Below, piece after piece: positions 26,160 to 37,733 of a DNA stretch of 38,523 nt. The notes under the pieces are model-generated. The model did not search any database. It was not told the origin of the DNA and saw nothing but the letters and a program-made list of their open reading frames with translations. Source of the DNA: an uncultured Sphaerobacteraceae bacterium (lineage in GTDB: Bacteria; Chloroflexota; Chloroflexia; Thermomicrobiales; UBA6265); the NCBI GenBank assembly GCA_964624125.1, contig CAZVAA010000002.1, positions 1 through 38,523 on the forward strand, in the 5' to 3' direction. The position numbers and the translations under genes are program-made. Position 1 is the first letter of the stretch. Each line of letters starts with the position of its first letter.

Positions 26160-28307
26160 TCACATTACTTCAGCAACGGAATCGTCGGCTGTTTCGGGAA
26201 CAGGACCGGCGTCCACTCGGACCGCCTCGTCGTCTGCCGCGGACTTGCGAATATCAAGCGTCGCCAGGGCATCATCGCTAACCGTCAGCGCGCGCATCGC
26301 AAGCACCCGCGGATCAGGCGCCGGTACCCCGTCATCCGTCATCGGGATCTCGATCAGCGCCGGATGACCGGCATTCCGGAACAACCACCGGTTGAGGATG
26401 TTTGCCTCGTCCACGGCATGATGGTCGGGATTGACATACGGCAGGCCCCGGCTGCGTTCCAGCGCTGCCGACAGGCGCTGCGAAATGTCGTCGACCAACG
26501 CATCGCTCTCGTCATCGGTCGCAAGCGAGCTGAGCACGGTGTCGCCCGTCGCGTCCTCCATGCCCGTTTCGACTTCCCAGGCCGGGAACCGCCGCACGCG
26601 GAACTGCGCCCACAGCTGCCCCCGCAGTACGAGCATCACTTCGCGGCAATCCTCGTCACAGGACGGCAATACGAGCAGCAGGTTATGAAGCCTCCTCGCA
26701 TCCCGCAGGCGAGTCTGCTCGTCGAGGATGGTCGTTACCGAGCGGATGCTCTTCCGGATGCGCTCCGCCTTCTCGAAATCGAGCCGTTCGGCCGCGCCCT
26801 CAAGTTCGGACAACAATCGCTTGTGCAGCGCATCGTCCTCACCTTCAAGGAAGTGCAGCACATCCTCGACCACCCGCCGGTACTCGTCGGCGTCTGCCTG
26901 ACCGGTACATGGCCCGAGGCACGTCCCGAGATCCAGCGCGATGCACGGCTTGCCGTAGCTCCGTGCGGTCTTGAACGACCGCGTGCAGGTCCGTAACGGC
27001 ATGACCGAGTTGATCACATCGACCGTCTTCCGGGCGCTGGTAGCGTTCCTGTACGGTCCGAAGTACCGTGCGCCGTCGTTCTTCCAGCGCCGGGCTACCT
27101 GCACCCTCGGCCACGGATTCGTCGTATCGACCTTGATATACGGGTAGTGTTCGGACTTCTTCAGCGCGGTGTTGTACCGAGGCATGTAGCGCCGGATCAG
27201 CTGCGACTCCAGCAGCAGCGCTTCCAGCTCGCTGCCAACGACCTCGTGATCGATCTCGACTACCGACTCGATCAGCCCATCCATTTTCCGCGTATAGCCG
27301 ATCGGCTGTGAGTAATAGGATGACACCCGATCGCGCAGGTTCTTCGCCTTTCCGACGTAGATGATCTCGCCGCGCCTGTCCTTCATGAGATAGACGCCCG
27401 GCTTCTTCGGCATCGCATGCGCGAGACTGCGATCGAGGATCGACCGCGCCCGACCTACGTCATCCCGCACGCGCGGCTCGGTGATCGTCGCGCGCGACTT
27501 CAGCTGGTCGAGCGTGCGCACGCCCTGGTCTGCCGCCTGTTGCACAAGCCGCAACGCGACCTCCGCCGTCAGCTTCGCATCACCCCCGGCGCGGTGTACT
27601 CGTCTGGGCGACAGGCCAACCGCGCTCGCTACCCGGTCGAGGCTCGGCTTCCGGATGGACTTCAGCAGCCTGACCGCCAGCCCCATCGTATCGAGTCGCT
27701 CGTTGATCAGCGGCGGCAGGTCCACCCTGCCCAGCTCGGCGTTCATGAACCCGATATCGAACGCGACGTTATGCCCCACGACCAGCGAGTCGCCAATGAA
27801 CTCGGTGACCTCCTGCGCGATATCGCCAAAGCTGGGCGCATCGACGACCTGCTCATTGGTGATCGTTGTCAGTTTGGTGATGAACTCGGGAATCGACCGC
27901 CCGGGGTTGAGCAACGACTCGAACGATCGCTCCACCTGGCCATTCCGGTAACGAATGGCGGCGATCTCGATGATTCGCTGGCGGCTCGGCTTCAGCCCGG
28001 TCGTCTCCACATCGAGTACGACAAACTCGTCCAGCAGCAACGCACCCGAACCATCCCCGGCCGATTGCGTGGGGATACTCCACTCCCCGGTGGCGTGGAA
28101 CACCAACCGGTCATCGCTCTCCAGCACACTCCGTAGCAACGGCCGCCACAGGTTCGGCGTACCGGAGTTGCCGAACACGTACCCGATCAGCATATCCTCG
28201 GGCACCGATCCGCCCTTGGACATCACAAAATCCAGCGCGCGGTCACAGAGCGTGCTATAACGATCTTCGTTTTCTGCGGACTGTTCGGACATCATTACGG
28301 GGACCAT
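26160..28307 (-). CDS. DEDDh 3'-5' exonuclease (DnaQ-like) fused to a GIY-YIG/UVR nuclease module (UvrC-N/Cho-like)
   Basis: Exo motifs VVLDVETTGL, GHNVAFDIGF and HRAGGDA (H-x4-D). GIY-YIG GVYLMKDRRGEIIYVGKAKNLRDRVSSY...ELEALLLESQLIRRYMPRYN. Cys-rich segment, then UVR-like LDFEKAERIRKSI. No C-terminal UvrC endonuclease/HhH2 signature was recognised. The start is uncertain (ATG 28331, 28307, 28295 or 28292). The track start at 28466 would overlap ligA. Confidence 0.8.
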   Translation of the reverse strand: MVPVMMSEQSAENEDRYSTLCDRALDFVMSKGGSVPEDMLIGYVFGNSGTPNLWRPLLRSVLESDDRLVFHATGEWSIPTQSAGDGSGALLLDEFVVLDVETTGLKPSRQRIIEIAAIRYRNGQVERSFESLLNPGRSIPEFITKLTTITNEQVVDAPSFGDIAQEVTEFIGDSLVVGHNVAFDIGFMNAELGRVDLPPLINERLDTMGLAVRLLKSIRKPSLDRVASAVGLSPRRVHRAGGDAKLTAEVALRLVQQAADQGVRTLDQLKSRATITEPRVRDDVGRARSILDRSLAHAMPKKPGVYLMKDRRGEIIYVGKAKNLRDRVSSYYSQPIGYTRKMDGLIESVVEIDHEVVGSELEALLLESQLIRRYMPRYNTALKKSEHYPYIKVDTTNPWPRVQVARRWKNDGARYFGPYRNATSARKTVDVINSVMPLRTCTRSFKTARSYGKPCIALDLGTCLGPCTGQADADEYRRVVEDVLHFLEGEDDALHKRLLSELEGAAERLDFEKAERIRKSIRSVTTILDEQTRLRDARRLHNLLLVLPSCDEDCREVMLVLRGQLWAQFRVRRFPAWEVETGMEDATGDTVLSSLATDDESDALVDDISQRLSAALERSRGLPYVNPDHHAVDEANILNRWLFRNAGHPALIEIPMTDDGVPAPDPRVLAMRALTVSDDALATLDIRKSAADDEAVRVDAGPVPETADDSVAEVM

Positions 28308-28401
28308 GGCCCGATCGGGGCATATGCGCATCAACGTGCCTGTCAGGAACAGGCGAACCTTTGTGCTACAGTACCAGACCGGGACCTGCACGTACACCTG
28401 A

Positions 28402-30474
<2,073 letters not shown>

Positions 30475-30479
30475 ACGTG

Positions 30480-30512
30480 CCGGACGACCAGCCCTTGTTA
30501 CCGGTCGTCCGG
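30480..30512 (+). terminator. Hairpin immediately after ligA (CCGGACGACC-N13-GGTCGTCCGG), no U-tract
   Basis: 10-bp perfect stem starting 6 nt after the TAG stop. Confidence 0.4.
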
Positions 30513-30643
30513 AGGAGAATCGCTACCCTTTTTCACCATGGATGCGCGAAATCGTGCTACCCTACACCCAATGCACGTACACCGTTAGCATGGAAAAGGG
30601 CTGGCGCGTTCCGCACGGTCAGGCCGCAGGCGAGGAGAGCAGG

Positions 30644-30859
30644 ATGACCGGCATTTCCAGGGCGTCGCACGAGGACGACCCGATCCAGATCGTCAGGACG
30701 ATCGCGCGCATCTCCCAGATGCTGATCGAGCTCCGGGACGAATATATCGACCAGCATCGTGAGGATGCGCTCGACCAGATCGAGCGCCGTATCCAGGAGC
30801 TGCAGGAGTTGAACGACCAGCTTCACGCCGCCCGCGAATCGTCGCCGGAAAGCGCCTAG
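30644..30859 (+). CDS. Small (71 aa) predicted alpha-helical/coiled-coil protein, no family recognised
   Basis: GAGGAG 6 nt upstream of ATG 30644. About 85% G/C at third codon positions by my count. Heptad-like charged sequence IELRDEYIDQHREDALDQIERRIQELQELNDQL. Confidence 0.5.
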   Translation: MTGISRASHEDDPIQIVRTIARISQMLIELRDEYIDQHREDALDQIERRIQELQELNDQLHAARESSPESA

Positions 30860-31449
30860 GCGTTCGCACCCGGCACCGCGGTCGTGCCCGGCTTCACGAG
30901 CGGCACACCGTCCGCGCACAGCGGGCACGCATCCGCCGGCCACGCATCGAACTTCTGCGACACGATTGCGGCCAGCGGCACGTTTCCGAACGTCGTCGCG
31001 CCGGCGCTCCGGTCGACCAGCACCCCGACCGCGACCACTTCGACCGGATGCGCGTCCAACGCGGCCAGTGTCTCGCGCACCGACCCACCGGTCGTCAGGA
31101 TGTCGTCCACCACCAGCACCCGCGATCCCGGCTCGAACGTCGTCCCCCGGCGAATCTCCCTCCCGGACCCGCCCTCAGACGCCCGCTCTGCGTACGCAGC
31201 GGCAATCCCAAGTTGTCGCGCGGTCTCGAACGCGAGCAGGATACCCCCGGTCGTCGGTCCGACCACTACATCGATCCGCTCATCGCGGAACCGATCGGCA
31301 AAATGCCGGCAGACCTCCGATGTCGCCCCGGGGTTCCGGAGCAGGTTGAACTTCTCGACATACATGTCGCCATGCATGCCAGACGCATACAGGAAGTGCC
31401 CTTTTTTCAGGGCTCCGCTTTCCTCGAGCTGCCGCAGCAGGTCCGCCAT
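30856..31449 (-). CDS. pyrE: Orotate phosphoribosyltransferase
   Basis: MADLLRQLEESGALKKGHFLYASGMH start at ATG 31449. PRPP loop VLVVDDILTTGGS. C-terminal CPLCADGVPL. Confidence 0.9.
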   Translation of the reverse strand: MADLLRQLEESGALKKGHFLYASGMHGDMYVEKFNLLRNPGATSEVCRHFADRFRDERIDVVVGPTTGGILLAFETARQLGIAAAYAERASEGGSGREIRRGTTFEPGSRVLVVDDILTTGGSVRETLAALDAHPVEVVAVGVLVDRSAGATTFGNVPLAAIVSQKFDAWPADACPLCADGVPLVKPGTTAVPGANA

Positions 31450-31476
31450 TCCTTCACATCCCCTTGAAAAGCGTTC

Positions 31477-31507
31477 GAGCACAGGACCAACAACGGATGG
31501 TCCGCTC
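31477..31507 (-). terminator. Hairpin in the pyrD-pyrE spacer (GAGC-GGACCA-N8-TGGTCC-TGT-GCTC), followed 6 nt later by CTTTTC
   Basis: Read on the minus strand. Possible attenuator or partial terminator. Confidence 0.3.
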
Positions 31508-31517
31508 GTCGTATCCC

Positions 31518-32501
31518 TTAGTCCAATAGCTCCCGACGCCCCGCCGCGTGCGGATTCGCCGCCCCGACGATGTCCGTCAGGCTGCCGTATCCGTTGGTAT
31601 CCAGCCATTCGCCAATGTCGTCGATGATTCTGGTCAGGACCGACGGCGTCGAGAACGCCGCGGTGCCGATCTGGATCGCCGATGCCCCGGCCATGAAGAA
31701 CTCCAGCGCGTCCTGCACCCCGGAAATGCCGCCAATCCCGATGACCGGGATATCGACCACCGACGCAACCTGGTACACCATTCGCACGGCTACTGGCTTC
31801 ACCGCCGGGCCGGAGAGCCCACCTGTCTGGTTCGCGATCTTCGACTGTCGGGTTCGCGGGTCAATCGACATGCCGACCAGCGTGTTGATGAGCGAGACAG
31901 CATCCGCGCCCGCCCCCTCCACCGCCTCGGCGATCTCCATGATATCCAGCGCGCCCGGGCTGAGCTTGACGATCACCGGCAGCGTCGTCGCCTCACGCAC
32001 GGCCCGCGTCACCTCGTCCGACATCCGGGCATCCCACCCGAAGCAGAACCCTCCCGCCTGGATATTCGGGCAGGAGATATTCACCTCGAGGGCAGCGACG
32101 CCGGGGACATCGTCCAGCTTCCGCGCCATCATCGCGAAGTCCTCGACCGACTCGGCAGAGATATTCACGATTGCCGGGACATCCCAATGCTCCCAGGTCG
32201 GCGGGTATTTCCGGATGAACCTGTCGATGCCCGGATTCTGCAAGCCGATCGCATTGAGCATCCCGCCCGGCGTTTCGGTGATACGCGGCATGGGGTTGCC
32301 GGATCGCGGCTTCGGCGTGATGCCCTTGGAGACAAATGCTCCCAATCGCTGGATGTCGATCACCGGACTGTACTCGAGGCCGTAGCCAAAACACCCGGAG
32401 GCCGGGATGACCGGGTTGCGGAGCACCAGCTCGCGCGGATTGTTCGGCGCCAGGTCAACGGTGAGATCGGCCATATACTGCTGCTTCTCGACGGTCACCA
32501 T
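31518..32501 (-). CDS. pyrD: Dihydroorotate dehydrogenase, class 1B catalytic subunit
   Basis: NPVIPASGCFGYG, NISCPN, VIGIGGISG. ATG 32501 has GGAGG 7 nt upstream and overlaps the pyrK stop by 7 nt. Confidence 0.9.
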   Translation of the reverse strand: MVTVEKQQYMADLTVDLAPNNPRELVLRNPVIPASGCFGYGLEYSPVIDIQRLGAFVSKGITPKPRSGNPMPRITETPGGMLNAIGLQNPGIDRFIRKYPPTWEHWDVPAIVNISAESVEDFAMMARKLDDVPGVAALEVNISCPNIQAGGFCFGWDARMSDEVTRAVREATTLPVIVKLSPGALDIMEIAEAVEGAGADAVSLINTLVGMSIDPRTRQSKIANQTGGLSGPAVKPVAVRMVYQVASVVDIPVIGIGGISGVQDALEFFMAGASAIQIGTAAFSTPSVLTRIIDDIGEWLDTNGYGSLTDIVGAANPHAAGRRELLD

Positions 32502-33313
32502 ACCAGCGCCTCCATATCGAACACCGGGCCCTCAACGCAGGAGGTCTTCATGCCGCGCCTGGTCTCGACCATGCAGCCCAGGCAGGCGCCGACACCGCAC
32601 GCCATCGTCCGCTCGACACTGACCTGCACCGATGGCCGCTTGCCCATCCGGTGGTGCAGGATCACGTTCCGCAGAGACTGGAACATCGGCCCCGGCCCAC
32701 AGGCGAAGACCTGGTCCGCCCACTGCAGGTACTCCGGCACGAGATCGGTCACGAATCCGTGATACCCCGCCGAGCCGTCTTCCGTCGCCACGACATACTC
32801 GACCTCATCCGGGAACTCGGCCGCGTCCAGCAGGGCCGGCGCATTCGCCGCGCCCAGCAGGTAGGTCACCGATTTGCCCTGGGCGACCGCCTCGCGCGCG
32901 AGCATCAACAGCGGCGCCGCGCCGACGCCTCCACCGACCATAAGGAGGTGCGTGCTCTTCGGGGAGACCTCGAACGTGTTGCCCAGCAACCCCAGGATAT
33001 CGATCTCCATCCCGACCCCGCGCTCAACGATCCAGTTCGCTCCGCGCCCATACGGCCGGACCAGGATCGTCATCAGTCCTTCTTCGGGAGCGGCGTTGTA
33101 GACGGAGAATGGTCGCCGCAGGACGGGGTCATAGACGGACCGCTCGCGGGGCAGGACGTTGACGAACTGCCCCGGCCGCGCCGCGCGAAGGATGTCTTCC
33201 GGCGCGGTGAAGGTGATGAGCCAGGAATCGCCCATCACCGCATGTTTCTCGGTAACGATTCCCTCGAATTCGCGGATACGTGTGCCGGACTGGCTTCGAT
33301 GTGGTGCTGGCAT
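32495..33313 (-). CDS. pyrK: Dihydroorotate dehydrogenase electron-transfer subunit (FAD / 2Fe-2S)
   Basis: 272 aa. Ferredoxin-reductase-like RRPFSV, C-terminal cluster CGVGACLGCMV...C. Confidence 0.9.
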   Translation of the reverse strand: MPAPHRSQSGTRIREFEGIVTEKHAVMGDSWLITFTAPEDILRAARPGQFVNVLPRERSVYDPVLRRPFSVYNAAPEEGLMTILVRPYGRGANWIVERGVGMEIDILGLLGNTFEVSPKSTHLLMVGGGVGAAPLLMLAREAVAQGKSVTYLLGAANAPALLDAAEFPDEVEYVVATEDGSAGYHGFVTDLVPEYLQWADQVFACGPGPMFQSLRNVILHHRMGKRPSVQVSVERTMACGVGACLGCMVETRRGMKTSCVEGPVFDMEALVW

Positions 33314-33331
33314 GTGTCCCCTCCGGTGCGC

Positions 33332-36300
33332 TTAGTACCCGAATCCGCTTTGCCGGTATTGCTGGATCGGCTCGACGGTGTACACCGAAGACGCCTTCTG
33401 CATGGCATCAACGACTGATCGCGCGGTGTCGACCGATGTGATGCAGGGAATCCCCCGCTCGACCGCCGCGCGGCGAATCTGCAGGCCGTCCCGCATCTCC
33501 TTGTCCGCCGGTCCCGGCGTGTTGATGACGCCATCGACCGTGCCGTCAAGGATGACATCAAGCACATCCGGCTTGCCGCGTCCGATGCGCTTGGTGACCA
33601 GCTGCACCGGCACAGCGGCCCGCTCGATCAGCGAGGCGGTGCCTTCCGTCGCATAGAGCTTGTACCCCATCTGCGCCAGTTGGGTGATCATCGGGATCGC
33701 ATCGACCTTGTCCTCGTCGGCCAGCGAGATCAGCAGCGAGCCCCGGTCGGGAAGCGACAAGCCTGCCGCCACAAGCGCCTTGAAGAACGCTGACGGGAAT
33801 GTGCGGTCGATCCCCATCACCTCCCCGGTCGACTTCATCTCGGGCCCGAGATGAACCTCCACGCCCCGGAGCTTCGCCATCGAGAAGACAGGCGCCTTTA
33901 CCGCCATCAGCGGCTGACGCGGCCACAGGCCACCCTCGTACCCCTGCTCCTCGAGCGACTGCCCGAGCATGATGTTCGTCGCCAGCTTCACCATCGGCAC
34001 GCCCGTCGCCTTGCTCAGGAACGGCACGGTGCGCGAGGAGCGCGGATTCACCTCCAGCACATAGAGGTGACCGGAATGGATCACATACTGGATGTTGATC
34101 AGGCCACGTGCGTTCAGGCCGATCGCGATTCGCGTCGTGTAGTCGACGATCCGCTCTACCTCCGCCGGGAACAGGTTGATCCCCGGATACACCGCGAACG
34201 AGTCGCCGGAGTGGACACCGGCGCGCTCGATGTGCTCCATGATTCCCGGGATAAGCACCCGCTCGCCGTCGCAGATCGCGTCGACCTCGACCTCCTTGCC
34301 GACCAGGTACTTGTCGATCAGGATCGGGTGATCCGCGGTCAGCGTCGTCTGGTTGCGGATGTATCGCGCAAGGTGATCAGACCCGTAGACAACCTCCATC
34401 GCCCTGCCGCCAAGCACATAGCTCGGCCGGACGATCACCGGATACCCGATGCGCTCGGCGACGGCCTCGGCGTCGTTCAACGACGTGACGGTCGCTCCCG
34501 GCGGCTGCGGGATCTCCAGCCCGGTGAGGAAGGCCTCGAACCGCTCGCGGTCCTCCGCGAGGTCGATCGAATCCAGCGAACTGCCCATGATCGGCGCCCC
34601 GGCGTCGCTCAACGGCCGGGCAAGGTTGATTGCCGTCTGCCCGCCGAACTGGACGATCATCGGGGGGAGTTTCGACTCGTCTCCGCCGGCCTCGTGAAGC
34701 ATGATCTCCTCGACGCTCTCAGCGTCCAGCGGCTCGAAGTAGAGCCGGTCAGACGCGTCGAAGTCGGTCGAGACGGTCTCGGGATTCGAGTTGACCATGA
34801 TCGAGGCGTGCCCGGCCGACTGCAATGCCCGCGCGGCCTGCACCGAGCAGTAATCGAACTCGATGCCCTGCCCGATCCGGATCGGCCCAGAGCCGACCAC
34901 AATCGCCTTGTCGCCCTCCAGGGGCGCGGCCTCGTCCTCCTCCTCGTACGTCGAGTAGAAGTACGGAGTCTGCGCCTCGAACTCACCGGCGCAGGTGTCG
35001 ACCATCTTGTAGACCGGTGACATCCCCAACGCTCGTCGCCGGGTCTTGACCTCATCGACGGATGTGCCGGAGCAGATCGCAATCTGCCGGTCGGAGAAGC
35101 CCATCTGCTTCGCCGTCCACAGCATTTCCGGAGAGACCTCGCCCTCCGCCAGCGATCGCTCCATGTCGACGATGCGTTCCAGCTTCCACAGGAACCACTC
35201 GTCGATCGCGCTCAACTTGTGCAGTTCCTCGACGGTCACTCCACGGCGGAGCGCCGCCATCACCGCCCACAGCCGGATATCGGTGGGCTTGCTGACGAGT
35301 GCCTTGATCGCGTCGAGATCGTCACCCCACTCGGGGTCCTCCCAGAGCAGGTCCTTCGCGGTCGTTTCGAGCGAGCGGACAGCCTTCTGGATCGCCCCCT
35401 CGAACGAGCGGTCGATCGCCATCACCTCGCCGGTCGCCTTCATCTGGGTAGAGATCACCCGGTCGGCGCGTGGGAACTTATCGAACGGCCAGCGCGGGAT
35501 CTTCGCCACCACGTAGTCGAGCGCCGGTTCGAAGGCCGCCGTCGTCTTCCCGGTCACGACATTCGTCAGCTCGTCCAGCCGCTTGCCGATGGCGATCTTG
35601 GCGGAGATCCGCGCGATCGGATACCCGGTGGCTTTCGACGCCAACGCCGACGACCGGCTCACGCGCGGGTTGACCTCGATTACGCCGTACTCCATCGAAT
35701 CGGGATTCAGCGCGTACTGGACGTTGCAGCCGCCCTCGATTCCGAGCGAGCGGATGATGTTCAGCGCCGACGAGCGCAGCATCTGGTACTCGCGATCCGA
35801 GAGCGTTTGCGACGGGGCAACAACGATGCTGTCCCCCGTATGCACGCCCATCGGGTCGATGTTCTCCATGTTGCAGATCGTGATACAGGTGTCCGCGCCG
35901 TCGCGCATCACCTCGTACTCGATCTCCTTCCATCCCATGAGCGAGCGCTCCAGCAGCACCTGCTTGATCGGGCTGGCATTGATGCCGGAGGTCACGATTC
36001 GGTCGAGATCCTCCATGGTGTACGCCACGCCGCCCCCGGTGCCGCCAAGGGTGTAGGCAGGCCGGATGACCAGCGGCAGCGGCACCCGCTCGGCGAAGGC
36101 GTGCGCCTCGGCCAGCGTGTGGATGACCTCGCTCTCGATCGCCGGCTCGCCGATGTCATTCAGCAGGTTCCGGAAGAGCTCGCGATCCTCCGCCTTCTGG
36201 ATCGCCGATAGCGGCGTCCCCAGCAGCCGGACGTTGTAGCGATCGAGGATGCCAAGTTCGGCGACCTGGACGGCCAGGTTGAGACCGGTTTGTCCGCCAA

Positions 36301-36586
36301 GCGTCGGCAACAGGCCGTCCGGGCGCTCGCGCTGGATCACGCGGCGGATGACATCCGGCGTCAGCGGCTCGATATAGACCGCGTCCGCGATATCCTCGTC
36401 CGTCATGATCGTCGCCGGGTTGGAGTTGACGAGAATCGTGCGGATGCCCTCTTCCCGCAGCGATTGGCACGCCTGCGTCCCGGCGTAGTCGAACTCGGCC
36501 GCCTGGCCGATCACGATCGGGCCCGAGCCAATGACGAGCACGCTCTCGGGGCGCTTGAAACTGGTTCCCTGGGAGTTACTCGCCAC
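33332..36586 (-). CDS. carB: Carbamoyl-phosphate synthase large subunit
   Basis: 1084 aa. VLVIGSGPIVIGQAAEFDYAGTQA, and the duplicated half IVVGSGPIRIGQGIEFDY. C-terminal MGS-like domain. Confidence 0.95.
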   Translation of the reverse strand: MASNSQGTSFKRPESVLVIGSGPIVIGQAAEFDYAGTQACQSLREEGIRTILVNSNPATIMTDEDIADAVYIEPLTPDVIRRVIQRERPDGLLPTLGGQTGLNLAVQVAELGILDRYNVRLLGTPLSAIQKAEDRELFRNLLNDIGEPAIESEVIHTLAEAHAFAERVPLPLVIRPAYTLGGTGGGVAYTMEDLDRIVTSGINASPIKQVLLERSLMGWKEIEYEVMRDGADTCITICNMENIDPMGVHTGDSIVVAPSQTLSDREYQMLRSSALNIIRSLGIEGGCNVQYALNPDSMEYGVIEVNPRVSRSSALASKATGYPIARISAKIAIGKRLDELTNVVTGKTTAAFEPALDYVVAKIPRWPFDKFPRADRVISTQMKATGEVMAIDRSFEGAIQKAVRSLETTAKDLLWEDPEWGDDLDAIKALVSKPTDIRLWAVMAALRRGVTVEELHKLSAIDEWFLWKLERIVDMERSLAEGEVSPEMLWTAKQMGFSDRQIAICSGTSVDEVKTRRRALGMSPVYKMVDTCAGEFEAQTPYFYSTYEEEDEAAPLEGDKAIVVGSGPIRIGQGIEFDYCSVQAARALQSAGHASIMVNSNPETVSTDFDASDRLYFEPLDAESVEEIMLHEAGGDESKLPPMIVQFGGQTAINLARPLSDAGAPIMGSSLDSIDLAEDRERFEAFLTGLEIPQPPGATVTSLNDAEAVAERIGYPVIVRPSYVLGGRAMEVVYGSDHLARYIRNQTTLTADHPILIDKYLVGKEVEVDAICDGERVLIPGIMEHIERAGVHSGDSFAVYPGINLFPAEVERIVDYTTRIAIGLNARGLINIQYVIHSGHLYVLEVNPRSSRTVPFLSKATGVPMVKLATNIMLGQSLEEQGYEGGLWPRQPLMAVKAPVFSMAKLRGVEVHLGPEMKSTGEVMGIDRTFPSAFFKALVAAGLSLPDRGSLLISLADEDKVDAIPMITQLAQMGYKLYATEGTASLIERAAVPVQLVTKRIGRGKPDVLDVILDGTVDGVINTPGPADKEMRDGLQIRRAAVERGIPCITSVDTARSVVDAMQKASSVYTVEPIQQYRQSGFGY

Positions 36587-37733
36587 GCTGGTTAGTCCCC
36601 TCGTTCTTGCCTGCCGGAGCCGCGATCAACTCCAGGAATTCATCGAACAGCATGCCATTGTCCGCGGGCCCGGGCGCCGCTTCCGGATGGAACTGGACCG
36701 AGAGCACCGGCAGCTCGCGATGCGCCAGCCCCTCGACCGAGCCGTCATTCAGGTTCCGCAGGGCGACCTGCCACCCCTTGTCCTCCGGGACCGAATCCGC
36801 GGCAACCTGGAAGCTGTGGTTTTGGGACGTCATGGTGACTCGCCCGGTCCGCTCGTCCCTGATCGGCTGGTTGCCACCACGATGGCCGAACTTGAGCTTG
36901 TCGGTTTCCGCGCCGATCGCCCTCGCCAGCAACTGGTGACCAAGGCAGATGCCGAAATAGGGCCGCTGGTCTTCCAGGAGTGAGCGGACGATCCCCAGCC
37001 CCTCGTCCAGGTTGGCCGGATCGCCCGGTCCTGGCGAGACAATCACGCCGTCCGGATCGATCTCGGTCACGCGGTCATACGGGGTGCCATAGGGCAGCAC
37101 CGTCACCCGCGCGCCACGACTGGTCAGGGAGTTGATGATGTTCATCTTGACACCGCAGTCGAGCACAACCACATGCGGTCCCGGGTTGTCGTCGCCGAAC
37201 GTGGCCTCGCCGGAGAGCATCACCTCCCCGACAACGTCCAGCTCGCCCGGAAGTTTCGCGTTTCTTGCCTGTGCCACGAGGTCTTCGTCGCTCATCTCCC
37301 TGGCGTTATGGACCAGTGCCGCCCGCAGGTCACCCACGGAGCGAATATGCCTCGTTAGTGCCCGCGTATCAACGCCGGAGATTCCCGGGACGCCGTGCTC
37401 CTTCAGGTAGCCGTCGAGATCGCCCTCGGACATCCAGTTCGACGGCTGCGTCGCGAGCTCGCGAACGACCAGTCCGGCGATCCATGGCTGGCGCGACTGG
37501 TTATCGATCTCCGTCACGCCATAGTTCCCGATGATCGGGTAGGTCATGCAGACGATCTGCCCGCGAAACGATGGGTCGGTGCAAATTTCCTGGTAGCCGG
37601 TCATGGATGTGGTGAACACCACTTCGCCGCTGCCATGAACGTCTGCACCGAAGCCAACGCCCCGGAAAATCGTGCCATCGGCCAGCGCAAGCGCCGCGTC
37701 CCAGGCAGGTTGGTATCGTTTCGTATCAGGCAC
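36576..37733 (-). CDS. carA: Carbamoyl-phosphate synthase small (glutaminase) subunit
   Basis: 385 aa. GFGADVHGSGEVVFTTSMTGYQEI, GATase catalytic GICLGHQLL, HPE. It overlaps the carB start by 11 nt. Confidence 0.95.
   Translation of the reverse strand: MPDTKRYQPAWDAALALADGTIFRGVGFGADVHGSGEVVFTTSMTGYQEICTDPSFRGQIVCMTYPIIGNYGVTEIDNQSRQPWIAGLVVRELATQPSNWMSEGDLDGYLKEHGVPGISGVDTRALTRHIRSVGDLRAALVHNAREMSDEDLVAQARNAKLPGELDVVGEVMLSGEATFGDDNPGPHVVVLDCGVKMNIINSLTSRGARVTVLPYGTPYDRVTEIDPDGVIVSPGPGDPANLDEGLGIVRSLLEDQRPYFGICLGHQLLARAIGAETDKLKFGHRGGNQPIRDERTGRVTMTSQNHSFQVAADSVPEDKGWQVALRNLNDGSVEGLAHRELPVLSVQFHPEAAPGPADNGMLFDEFLELIAAPAGKNEGTNQRGE

Noticed and set aside
30538-30588. 16-codon ORF (ATG GAT GCG CGA ...TAG) after ligA, and the upstream extension of the small ORF from 30542
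   Set aside because: The GGAGGAG upstream is about 20 nt away, which is poor spacing. Codon bias is weak and the ORF is too short to support. ATG 30644 has a properly spaced SD.
31450-31517. PyrR-binding anti-antiterminator in the pyrD-pyrE spacer
   Set aside because: The hairpin loop and stem lack the conserved PyrR box (..UCCAGAGAGG..). It is retained only as a generic hairpin.
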